A stretch of 64,000 bases of DNA from Gemmatimonadota bacterium (GTDB lineage: Bacteria; Gemmatimonadota; Gemmatimonadetes; Palauibacterales; Palauibacteraceae). Position 1 is the stretch's first letter. Each line of letters starts with the position of its first letter. Positions 45,266-52,999 of the stretch are shown here, piece by piece. Both the position numbers and the translations under genes were made by a program. The notes below the pieces were generated by a model that was not told the origin of the DNA, searched no databases, and saw only the letters and a list, made by a program, of their open reading frames with translations. The stretch is taken from the NCBI GenBank assembly GCA_035267645.1, contig DATFLN010000034.1:100505-164504 (forward strand), written 5' to 3'.

Positions 45266-48200
45266 ATGATGCGCCGTCGTTCGCTCGCCGCTCTCGCCCT
45301 CCCGCTGCTCGCCCTGGCCGCCGCTCTCGCGCCGACCGCGGTCCCGCACCCGGCGCTCGCGCAGGCCGCCGTGCCCGACAGCGACGCCACGCCCGACACC
45401 GCGGGCGGGCCCGGCTACTACCGCTACCCGGCCCTCCACGACACCACCGTCGCGTTCACCTCCGAGGGCGACCTGTGGACGGTTGGGATCCACGGCGGGG
45501 AGGCGCGGCGGCTCACGACGGGGCTCCGGGAGGAGACGCACGCGGCGTTCTCGCCGGACGGCCGCACGATCGCGTTCACGGCCTCCTACGAGGGTCCCGA
45601 GGAGGTGTACACGATGCCGGTGTCGGGCGGCGTCCCCGAGCGGCGGAGCTGGGACGGGGGCGCGGCCACCGTGGTCGGCTGGACGCCCGACGGGCGCGTC
45701 CTGTACACGACCCGCCACCACTCGACCCTCCCCAACGCCCAGCTCATCGCCCTCGACACGGCCACGCACGAGCGCACCGTGCTCCCGCTGGCCCAGGCCT
45801 CGGACGGGGCCTACGGCCCGGACGGGAAGGTCCTCTTCTTCACGCGCCTCCCGTTCCAGGGGAGCCACACGGACCGCTACCGGGGCGGGAGCGTCCAGCA
45901 GCTCTGGAAGTACCGGGACGGGGCCGACGAGGCCGTCCCGCTCACGACCGGCTACCCCGGGACGAGCAAGGACCCGATGCCGTGGAACGGCAGGGTCGTG
46001 TTCGCCTCCGACCGCGACGGCGTCATGAACCTGTGGTCCATGGACGAGAGCGGCGGCGACCTCCGGCAGCTCACCCGCCACCGGGCCTACAACCTCCAGT
46101 CCCCCTCGCTCTCCGACGGCCGGGTGGTCTACCAGTACGGGGCCGACCTCAGGGTCCTGGACCTCGGCTCGGGCGAGGACCGGGCGCTCCCGATCCGGCT
46201 CTCCTCGGACTTCGGGCAGCTCCGCCCGCACTGGGTCCACGACCCGATGGACTTCCTGACCGACGTCCATCTCTCGCCCGCCGGCGACCGGGTGGTGCTC
46301 ACGGCCCGGGGCCAGCTCTTCGTGGCTCCGGCCGGACAGGGCCGGTTCGTGGAGGGCACGCGCACGAACAGCGTGCGCTGGAGGCGGGCGCGCTTCGCCC
46401 CGGGCGGGGACTCGCTCCTGGCCCTCTCCGACTCCACCGGGGAGGTCGAGATCTGGAAGCTCCCGGCGAACGGCGTGGGCCGACCCCGGCAGCTCACCCG
46501 GGACGGGACGGTCATGCGCTGGGACGCGGTCCCCTCCCCGGACGGGCGCTGGATCGCCCACTACGACAAGGACCACCGCCTCTGGGTCCTGGACACGTCC
46601 ACGGGCCGCTCGAAAGAGATCGACGGCTCCGACTACGGGGACGTCTCGGACCTGGCCTGGTCGCTCGACTCGCGCTGGCTGGCCTACGTCGAGCCGATCG
46701 AGAACGGCTTCCGGAGGATCGTGGTGTGGAGCGCCGACCGCGGCTCGGCCACCCCGGTGACCACCGACCGCTACGTGAGCCGGTCGCCGGCCTGGAGCCG
46801 GGACGGGAAGTGGCTGTATCTCCTGTCGGACCGGCACTTCGTCTCCTCGGTCGGCTCCCCGTGGGGGCCGCGCCAGCCCGAGCCCTACTTCACCCGCACC
46901 ACGAAGATCTACGCGCTCGCGCTCCAGCCGGGCACGCGCTCCCCCTTCCGTCCGGACGACGAGCTGGCCCCGGCGGCCGCCGGCGGCTCCGGTGCCGACG
47001 AGGCCGGCGGGAAGAGCGGGAAGGCCGGGTCGGACACCGCCTCGGCCCCGCCCCGCGTCGAGATCACGCTGGACGGCATCCGGGACCGGCTCGAGGAGGT
47101 CCCGGTCCCGCCCGGGAACTACCGGGACCTCTCGGCGGGCGAGGGGACGCTCTACTGGCTCTCGTCGGAGGACGGTCCGGGCCGGGGACGGACCCTCGAG
47201 GCGCTCGAGGTCACCAACCACGAGCCGAAGCCGGACACCCTGGTCGACGGTGTCCGCGGCTACGAGCTGTCGGCGAGCGGGAAGAAGCTCCTGGTCTGGA
47301 AGGACGACGACCTCTTCGTGCTCGACGCGGGCACGAAGTCACCCGCGAAGCTGGCGGACCACCGGGTGGACCTCTCCGACTGGATGCTGCGGGTCGACCC
47401 GCGGCGGGAGTACATGGAGATGTTCCGCGAGGCGTGGAGGCTCCACCGGGACTACTTCTACGACCCGGGCATGCACGGCGTCGACTGGCCCGCGATGAAG
47501 GAGAAGTACCTCCCGCTGGCCCGGCGCGTGACCGACCGCCAGGAGCTCTCCGACGCGATCGGCCAGATGGTGGCCGAGCTTTCCGCGCTCCATACCTTCG
47601 TGACCAACGGCGACGTGCGTCCGGGCCGGGACACGATCGAGGTGGCCTCGCTCGGGGCGCGCCTCGTGCGCGACCCGGACGCCGGCGGGTACCGGGTGGC
47701 GCACGTGTACCGGTCCGACCCGGACCTCCCCGACGGGCTCTCGCCGCTGGCGCGCCCCGGGGTCGGCGTGCACGAGGGCGACGTGGTCACGTCCATCGAC
47801 GGGGTCCCGACCCTGTCGGTCGCCGACTACCGCTCCCTGCTGCGCCGCAAGGCGGGCGAGCAGACGCTCCTGGGCGTGCGTCCCTCCGGGGGCGGGGCGG
47901 AGCGGCGGGCCATCGCCGAGCCGATCACCCAGCGCGAGGCGGCGGACCTCCGCTACGACGAGTGGGAGTACACCCGGCGCCTCCTGGTCGACAGCCTGAG
48001 CCACGACTCGATCGGCTACGTGCACCTCCGGGCCATGGGCTCGTCGGACATCGCGGATTGGGAGCGCCAGTTCTATCCGGTCTTCGCCCGGAAGGCCCTC
48101 ATCGTCGACGTGCGCAACAACCGCGGCGGGAACATCGACAGCTGGATCCTCGAGAAGCTCATGCGCCGGGCCTGGATGTACTTCAAGCCGAGGGGCGAGA

Positions 48201-48637
48201 AGCCGTCCTGGAACATGCAGGAGGCCTTCCGCGGGCCGATGATCGCGCTCATCAACGAGCACACCGCCTCGGACGGCGAGGCGTTCAGCGCGGGCTTCCG
48301 CCGGCTCGGCCTCGGCAAGCTCCTCGGGACCCGCACCTGGGGCGGGGAGATCTGGCTCAGCTTCGACAACGTGCTCGTGGACGGGGGGATCGCGTCGGCC
48401 GCCGAGATGGGGGTGTACGGACCCGAGGGACAGTGGCTGATCGAGGGCCACGGCGTCGACCCGGACATCGAGGTCGACAACGCGCCGCACGCGACGTTCG
48501 AGGGGAAGGACGCCCAGCTCCGCGCGGCGATCGAGGAGCTGCGGGCGGAGATGAAGGCCCACCCGAACCCCGTGCCGCAGGCGCCCGCCTATCCGGACAA
48601 GAGCGCGGCGGGGAACGGGAAGGGGGAGGGCGGCTGA
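45266..48637 (+). CDS. Tricorn-like protease (S41 family core with N-terminal beta-propellers and PDZ)
   Basis: 1123 aa with a signal peptide. It opens with YYRYPALHDTTVAFTSEGDLW and has SPDG repeats. The C-terminal S41 region reads LIVDVRNNRGGN and NEHTASDGEAFS. Confidence 0.88.
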   Translation: MMRRRSLAALALPLLALAAALAPTAVPHPALAQAAVPDSDATPDTAGGPGYYRYPALHDTTVAFTSEGDLWTVGIHGGEARRLTTGLREETHAAFSPDGRTIAFTASYEGPEEVYTMPVSGGVPERRSWDGGAATVVGWTPDGRVLYTTRHHSTLPNAQLIALDTATHERTVLPLAQASDGAYGPDGKVLFFTRLPFQGSHTDRYRGGSVQQLWKYRDGADEAVPLTTGYPGTSKDPMPWNGRVVFASDRDGVMNLWSMDESGGDLRQLTRHRAYNLQSPSLSDGRVVYQYGADLRVLDLGSGEDRALPIRLSSDFGQLRPHWVHDPMDFLTDVHLSPAGDRVVLTARGQLFVAPAGQGRFVEGTRTNSVRWRRARFAPGGDSLLALSDSTGEVEIWKLPANGVGRPRQLTRDGTVMRWDAVPSPDGRWIAHYDKDHRLWVLDTSTGRSKEIDGSDYGDVSDLAWSLDSRWLAYVEPIENGFRRIVVWSADRGSATPVTTDRYVSRSPAWSRDGKWLYLLSDRHFVSSVGSPWGPRQPEPYFTRTTKIYALALQPGTRSPFRPDDELAPAAAGGSGADEAGGKSGKAGSDTASAPPRVEITLDGIRDRLEEVPVPPGNYRDLSAGEGTLYWLSSEDGPGRGRTLEALEVTNHEPKPDTLVDGVRGYELSASGKKLLVWKDDDLFVLDAGTKSPAKLADHRVDLSDWMLRVDPRREYMEMFREAWRLHRDYFYDPGMHGVDWPAMKEKYLPLARRVTDRQELSDAIGQMVAELSALHTFVTNGDVRPGRDTIEVASLGARLVRDPDAGGYRVAHVYRSDPDLPDGLSPLARPGVGVHEGDVVTSIDGVPTLSVADYRSLLRRKAGEQTLLGVRPSGGGAERRAIAEPITQREAADLRYDEWEYTRRLLVDSLSHDSIGYVHLRAMGSSDIADWERQFYPVFARKALIVDVRNNRGGNIDSWILEKLMRRAWMYFKPRGEKPSWNMQEAFRGPMIALINEHTASDGEAFSAGFRRLGLGKLLGTRTWGGEIWLSFDNVLVDGGIASAAEMGVYGPEGQWLIEGHGVDPDIEVDNAPHATFEGKDAQLRAAIEELRAEMKAHPNPVPQAPAYPDKSAAGNGKGEGG

Positions 48638-48667
48638 GCTCCGGGGCGGCCCCGCCGCCCCCCGCCT

Positions 48668-49060
48668 TCAGCTCGAGCTGCTGGAGGCGGGGAGGCCGCC
48701 GATCTGCCAGAACAGGGAGAGGGTGTCCCCCTGGGTCCAGGCCCGGGAGATCCGCTCCCCGTCCACCTCGTAGATCCCGAGCACCGGCAGCTCGACCGTG
48801 CGGCCGGAGGGAGGCACGCCCATGAACTCCCCCCGGTGGACGCCGCGGATCGTGAGCCGGGCCACGGCCCGGTTCCCGGCTCCGAACACGTCGTGCACCC
48901 GGACGGTGAAGGACGGGAAGGCGGCCTCGAAGTCGGCCAGCTCGTCCGCCAGCTCGGCGTCGGCCACGTAGGTCCGGATCGCGTCCCTGGACTTGGCGCG
49001 GCCCGAAAGGGCCGTGAAGACGTTCCTGACGACCGAGCTCGGATCGGCCGGTGCGCCCAT
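48668..49060 (-). CDS. SnoaL-like / predicted ester cyclase family protein (130 aa)
   Basis: In-frame ATG at 49060 preceded by GGGGAGGA. The pattern VHDVFGAGNRVAARLTIRGVHRGEFMGVPPSGRTVELPVLGIYEVDGERI is typical of the ester-cyclase family. The upstream part of track ORF 48668..49456 is not protein-like. Confidence 0.75.
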   Translation of the reverse strand: MGAPADPSSVVRNVFTALSGRAKSRDAIRTYVADAELADELADFEAAFPSFTVRVHDVFGAGNRAVARLTIRGVHRGEFMGVPPSGRTVELPVLGIYEVDGERISRAWTQGDTLSLFWQIGGLPASSSSS

Positions 49061-49252
49061 GCGGGTCCTCCCCGGACGGCGGTGGACGGGCGTCGCGACG
49101 ACGACGGTAGCGATCGTAGTATACAGTATGCGACCGATCGGAGGAAGGGTCGCCGGGATGCGGCGCGGGAGCTTCCGGACCCGGCCGCAGCCGGTCGCGG
49201 AAGGGGCGCTCGAGCCGGCGGCGTGCCGGGGCGCGGGCCCCCTTCGAGTCGT

Positions 49253-49327
49253 GACAGAATGTCGGGGGGGCGCCGGCCCGGTTCGGGACAGTCTGTCGCC
49301 CGGGGCGGCCCGGGCGGACGGTCCGTC
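49253..49327. promoter_or_regulatory. Array of three 11-bp palindromes (candidate enhancer/UAS for a sigma-54 activator)
   Basis: The three sites are GACAGAATGTC (49253-49263), GACAGTCTGTC (49287-49297) and GACGGTCCGTC (49317-49327). All fit GAC(A/G)G-N-C(T/C)GTC-like dyads, with GACA/TGTC or GACGG/CCGTC arms. Their centres are 34 and 30 bp apart. The last centre lies 79 bp upstream of the -24 element at 49401. Confidence 0.45.
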
Positions 49328-49399
49328 CGGGGCCTCGGAAGGCCCGGATCCCTCACGCCGGGCGGGGTTCCCGGGAGCCGCACCGCGCCGGCCTCCCGG

Positions 49400-49415
49400 G
49401 GGCACGCCGGTTGCA
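49400..49415 (+). promoter_or_regulatory. Sigma-54 (-24/-12) promoter
   Basis: The sequence gGGCACGccggTTGCAct matches the published consensus TGGCACG-N4-TTGCW at every core position except the first T. It sits inside an 864-bp region with no credible ORF. Confidence 0.6.
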
Positions 49416-49424
49416 CTATGAGGA

Positions 49425-49727
49425 AGGCCCTGCGACGAGGAAGCTTCGGCGACCACGACGTGGGTTTCGGCGCCCGATGGTTCGGGCCGGAGGGCGCCAC
49501 GCCTGACGGGAGTTTGGCCCGATCAGGCCGACTGGGAGGTCGTCGGACCCAGTCCGTAGTCCCGGGAACGGGGACGCTTGAGTCGCGAGCTTAGACTCAC
49601 GACGAGGGAAAGAGCCGGCAGCCAGGTCACCACACGGGGTGGCGCCAAACCGACTGGCCAAGGTTCGCCGACGCAACGAGGCCCCCGATCGGATCCGTGA
49701 ATCCGGTCGGGGGTTTCGTCTTGTCTG
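49425..49727 (+). ncRNA. Candidate ~300-nt sigma-54-dependent small RNA (family unknown)
   Basis: The 5' end is predicted about 12 nt downstream of the -12 GC, and the 3' end is set by the intrinsic terminator at 49682-49727. No ORF here has a Shine-Dalgarno or the local codon bias. There are many local helices, for example GGCGCCC 49469-49475 pairing with GGGCGCC 49492-49498. The ends are predictions only. Confidence 0.4.
49682..49727 (+). terminator. Rho-independent terminator
   Basis: A 13-bp stem pairs CCCCCGATCGGAT (49682-49694) with ATCCGGTCGGGGG (49701-49713), including one G-U pair. The loop is CCGTGA and it is followed by TTTCGTCTTGTCTG. No + strand coding gene ends upstream of it. 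Confidence 0.6.
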
Positions 49728-49924
49728 CGGGGCATCCGGTCTCCGCCGCGTGGGGAGTTCCCCACCTTCGGCCTTTCTTCCCGTTTCGCTCTCCGCGCCA
49801 CCTCGTATCTTGAGGATCCCCTCTCGGGGATCTCGACACCTCGACGACAGACGGGCGACGCCTCACCGGCCCCCGCGGGCCCCGGCCGACCCCCCTCGAC
49901 CAGGACGGAGCGAGCGAGACCGGC

Positions 49925-51319
49925 GTGCCACAGCGGGACAGCGATGGGGGGAGTGTCTCCAGGATCCTCGTCCTCGATCGGGACGAGCCGAGGCGGGCGC
50001 GCGTGGCCGCCGTCCTCGAGGGACGGGGCTACCGGGCGCAGACGGCCGGCCGCGGGGACGAGGGGCTCCGCCGGCTCCGTGAGGAGCGCTACGACGCGGC
50101 GATCGCGGCGGCCGACCTCCCCGGCGTCTCCGGGCTCGACCTCCTGGACCGGATCGACCCCCTCGAGACCGACGCCCGGGTCGTGGCCGTCGTGGACGAG
50201 GGGGACGTGGGCTCGGCCGTGGAGGCGATGCGCCGGGGCGCCGCCGACTGCCTCTCCATGCCCCTCGACACCGACCGCCTCCTGGAGGTCGTCGGCCGCG
50301 CGGTCGAGGCGTCGGTGCGCCGCCGGGCCGCACGACGCCGGGACGAGGGAGAGGACGACCTCCGGGTCCCGATCCTGGGCCGCTCGGCCGCCATCCGCCG
50401 CACCATGAGCCTGGTCCGCCGGGTGGCGCCGACCCGCTCCTCCGTGCTCGTGACCGGGGAGACGGGGACGGGGAAGGAGCTGGTGGCCCGGGCCATCCAC
50501 GAGCTGTCGCCGCGGGAGGAAGAGCCGTTCATCGCGGTGGTGTGCTCGGCCCTGCCGGACACGCTGCTCGAGGCCGAGCTGTTCGGCCACCGCAAGGGGA
50601 GCTTCACGGGAGCCCACGCGGACCGGCGCGGGCTCATCGAGGAGGCGCACGGCGGCACCCTCTTCCTGGACGAGATCGCCACCGTGCCCACCGACGTGCA
50701 GGTGAAGCTCCTCCGGGTGCTGGAGGAGCGCAGGGTGCGGCGCGTGGGCGGCGGGGAGATCGTGCCGGTCGATTTCCGCCTGGTGGCCGCCACCAACGAG
50801 GACCTCGAGGACGCCGTGGCGGAGGGGAGCTTCCGGGAGGACCTCTTCTTCCGGCTCAACGTCTTCCCGATCCGGGTGCCGCCGCTCCGCGAGCGGCGCG
50901 AGGACATCCCGGTCCTGGCCGAGCACTTTCGCCGCCGCTTCGCCGAAGAGAGCGGCATCGGGGCGCCGGCCATCCTGCCCGAGACGATGGTCCGCATGCA
51001 GGAGTACCGCTGGCCGGGGAACGTGCGGGAGCTCGAGCACTTCATCGAGCGCGCGATGCTCCTGTACGCGGACCGGGACGCGATCCGCTTCGAGCCGCCG
51101 ACCCGGCGCGGGCGCGGCGAGGCCGGCGACCTCCTGTCCAGGGCGGAGGACGAGCGCTGGGACCTCGAGCGGCTCGAGCGCGAGTACATCCTCCGGATCC
51201 TGGAGGAGGCCGGGGGGAACCGGACCCGGGCCGCCGAGATCCTGGGGGTCCACCGGCGGACCCTGGCCCGCCGGATGGAGCGCTACCGGGAGCGGCCGCG
51301 CTCGGGCCGCCGGTCCTAG
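49925..51319 (+). CDS. Sigma-54-dependent transcriptional activator, NtrC-family response regulator (REC-AAA+-HTH)
   Basis: Receiver domain (ILVLDRDE ... AADLPGVSGLDLL). AAA+ domain with Walker A GETGTGKE, the sigma-54 contact loop GSFTGA (a GAFTGA variant), LFLDEI, RVGG and FREDLFFRLNV. C-terminal Fis-type HTH NRTRAAEILGVHRRTLARRM. GTG start at 49925. Confidence 0.92.
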   Translation: MPQRDSDGGSVSRILVLDRDEPRRARVAAVLEGRGYRAQTAGRGDEGLRRLREERYDAAIAAADLPGVSGLDLLDRIDPLETDARVVAVVDEGDVGSAVEAMRRGAADCLSMPLDTDRLLEVVGRAVEASVRRRAARRRDEGEDDLRVPILGRSAAIRRTMSLVRRVAPTRSSVLVTGETGTGKELVARAIHELSPREEEPFIAVVCSALPDTLLEAELFGHRKGSFTGAHADRRGLIEEAHGGTLFLDEIATVPTDVQVKLLRVLEERRVRRVGGGEIVPVDFRLVAATNEDLEDAVAEGSFREDLFFRLNVFPIRVPPLRERREDIPVLAEHFRRRFAEESGIGAPAILPETMVRMQEYRWPGNVRELEHFIERAMLLYADRDAIRFEPPTRRGRGEAGDLLSRAEDERWDLERLEREYILRILEEAGGNRTRAAEILGVHRRTLARRMERYRERPRSGRRS

Positions 51320-51323
51320 TCGG

Positions 51324-51932
51324 CTAGCCCTTCCTGGCCGGTCGGGGTCCGGCCGGGATCGGGACCATGATGTGGACGTAGGACGTCCCGTCCCACATGA
51401 CCCAGGGTCCCTTCTCGTGCGGCGTGCGCGGAAGGCCCTCGAGCGTCGCGGCGTCCGGAACGAGGATCATGACGTGGGGTCCGGAGTCCTCGATCCACTG
51501 GTTGTCGGGGGTCGGGCTCTCACCGTACGGGTCGACGTTCGAGGTGGGCATGTCGCCCTGGAGCATGTAGCCGAACCCGATCCGGTCGGCGCCATAGGGC
51601 TTCCTGTTCATCCAGGCGTCCGCCCATCGCATCCAGACGTCGTCCAGGCACATGGGCGAGTTGCCGGGGCGGTCCGGCATGTCCGGCAGGCAGGTCCAGC
51701 CGTTCGAGCCTTCCCTCAGGACGTGCCCCTCCCAGTCCCGGACGGCGGCCTCCGCGGAGATCTCGGCCGGCGCCGCGCTCGTGGCGCTGCGGATCATCGC
51801 GTCCCGCTCGGGGGACGCGGGGGCGGCCTGGCCCGCGGCGGGTGCCGCCGCGAGCGCCAGGGTAGCGACGAGTCCGACGGCTGTGACGGTGAGGGCCGTG
51901 AAACGACTCGAAGATCTGGTGACTCCCGACAT
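51324..51932 (-). CDS. Secreted hypothetical protein (202 aa)
   Basis: AAAGGAGG Shine-Dalgarno then ATG at 51932. Signal peptide ...TLALAAAPAAGQA. Good codon bias. The Trp/Pro/Asp-rich mature part (GWTCLPDMPDRPGNSPMCLDDVWMRW...) contains two Cys pairs. I recognised no family. Confidence 0.7.
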   Translation of the reverse strand: MSGVTRSSSRFTALTVTAVGLVATLALAAAPAAGQAAPASPERDAMIRSATSAAPAEISAEAAVRDWEGHVLREGSNGWTCLPDMPDRPGNSPMCLDDVWMRWADAWMNRKPYGADRIGFGYMLQGDMPTSNVDPYGESPTPDNQWIEDSGPHVMILVPDAATLEGLPRTPHEKGPWVMWDGTSYVHIMVPIPAGPRPARKG

Positions 51933-51973
51933 GGGAGGCCTCCTTTCGTGGGGTGGGTGGCGGAGCCGCGTCC

Positions 51974-52008
51974 GGTGCCCGCGCCTCCGGGATGGAGGCG
52001 CGGGCACC
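51974..52008. promoter_or_regulatory. Perfect 15-bp-stem hairpin in the leader or intergenic region upstream of gene 51324..51932
   Basis: GGTGCCCGCGCCTCC (51974-51988) pairs with GGAGGCGCGGGCACC (51994-52008), with loop GGGAT. It lies 42 nt upstream of ATG 51932 and 127 nt downstream of the tauE-family stop. Its function (terminator or leader structure) is not resolved. Confidence 0.35.
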
Positions 52009-52134
52009 GCGCCCGATCCGAGCGCCCTCCAATCTAGATTAGTCGGCCCTAATGGGAAAGACCCCGGCCCCGGCGCCGCGCCCGTCCGCCCGGGGCCTGC
52101 GGACGCCCTGAGCGCCCGGCGGGCGCTCCGCCCC

Positions 52135-52905
52135 TCACGGCACCAGCCACAGCAGGATCGCGAAGGCGATCACCGCGACCGTGACCACCCGCCGCACCCA
52201 GGCGTGCCCCTTGAGGACGGTGAGCCGCACGCCCAGGAGCGCGCCCGAGAGGTTCCCGGCCGCGAGCGCCAGCCCCGGGGCCCACGCCACCTGCCCGTGC
52301 GCGGCGAACACCCACAGGGAGAGGGGCGTCCACAGGAGGATGACCAGGACCTTGAGGGCGTTCCCGCGCACCAGGTCGAATCCCGCCCACGTGAGGACCG
52401 CCAGGAAGAGGAAGCCGGTCCCGGCCTGCACGAACCCCCCGTACACGCCCACCAGGAAGAAGCCCGCGGCGAGGGCCGCGCGCCGCCACGTCTCCCCGGG
52501 AGCCTCGGGCGCGCCCTCGCGCTCCCCGGCCGCCGCGGAGGCCGGCCGCCACAGGGACGCGAGCGACACGACGACCATGAGGATCGAGAGGATGCGCTCG
52601 AAGGAGCGGTCGCCGATCCGCGTGGCGAGCCACGCCCCGAGAAGCGCCCCGACCAGGGCGGGGAGCCCAGCCCGCAGGAGCCAGCGCCAGGAGACGAGCT
52701 TCCGGCGCTGGAAGCCCCACACGGCCCCGGCGTTCTGCACGAGGATCGCGATGCGGTTGGTGCCGTTGGCCACCGTGGCCGGGAGCCCCAGGAAGATCAT
52801 GGCCGGCAGGGTGAGGAAGGAGCCGCCGCCCGCGATGACGTTCAGGGCGCCGGCCGCCACGCCGACCCCGGCCAGCGCCAGGTAGGAGAGCCAGCCCCAG
52901 GTCAA
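52135..52905 (-). CDS. TauE/SafE family sulfite/anion exporter
   Basis: 256-aa polytopic membrane protein with GALNVIAGGGSFLTLP and VANGTN blocks. TTG start at 52905. Confidence 0.85.
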   Translation of the reverse strand: MTWGWLSYLALAGVGVAAGALNVIAGGGSFLTLPAMIFLGLPATVANGTNRIAILVQNAGAVWGFQRRKLVSWRWLLRAGLPALVGALLGAWLATRIGDRSFERILSILMVVVSLASLWRPASAAAGEREGAPEAPGETWRRAALAAGFFLVGVYGGFVQAGTGFLFLAVLTWAGFDLVRGNALKVLVILLWTPLSLWVFAAHGQVAWAPGLALAAGNLSGALLGVRLTVLKGHAWVRRVVTVAVIAFAILLWLVP

Positions 52906-52999
52906 GGCAGGCCCCGCCGCTCTTGCGTCATCGGCAGGTCGCTCCTAGCGTCGGCCATCGCTTCGCCCGTCGTCTCCTGTCCCCGGCCCAGAGGTCAGC

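Noticed and set aside
49418-49594. 59-codon ORF (MRKALRRGSFGDHDVGFGARWFGPEGATPDG...) inside the gene-free region.
   Set aside because: It has no Shine-Dalgarno, and its ATG lies upstream of the transcription start predicted from the sigma-54 promoter. About one third of its codons end in A/T, unlike genuine genes here. The sequence is Arg/Gly-rich and of low complexity.
49420-49727. Whether the non-coding stretch is a known housekeeping RNA (RNase P RNA, tmRNA, SRP/4.5S RNA, 6S RNA).
   Set aside because: The signature strings I know are absent on both strands. For RNase P these are GAGGAAAGUCCGGGC and ACAGAAnCCGGCUUA, and only a loose resemblance (CACGACGAGGGAAAGAGCCGGC) is present. For tmRNA they are the UUCGA T-arm plus the CUCCACCA end. 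For SRP it is GGAAGCAGCC-type domain IV. 6S RNA cannot be judged by eye. The RNA is left as family unknown.
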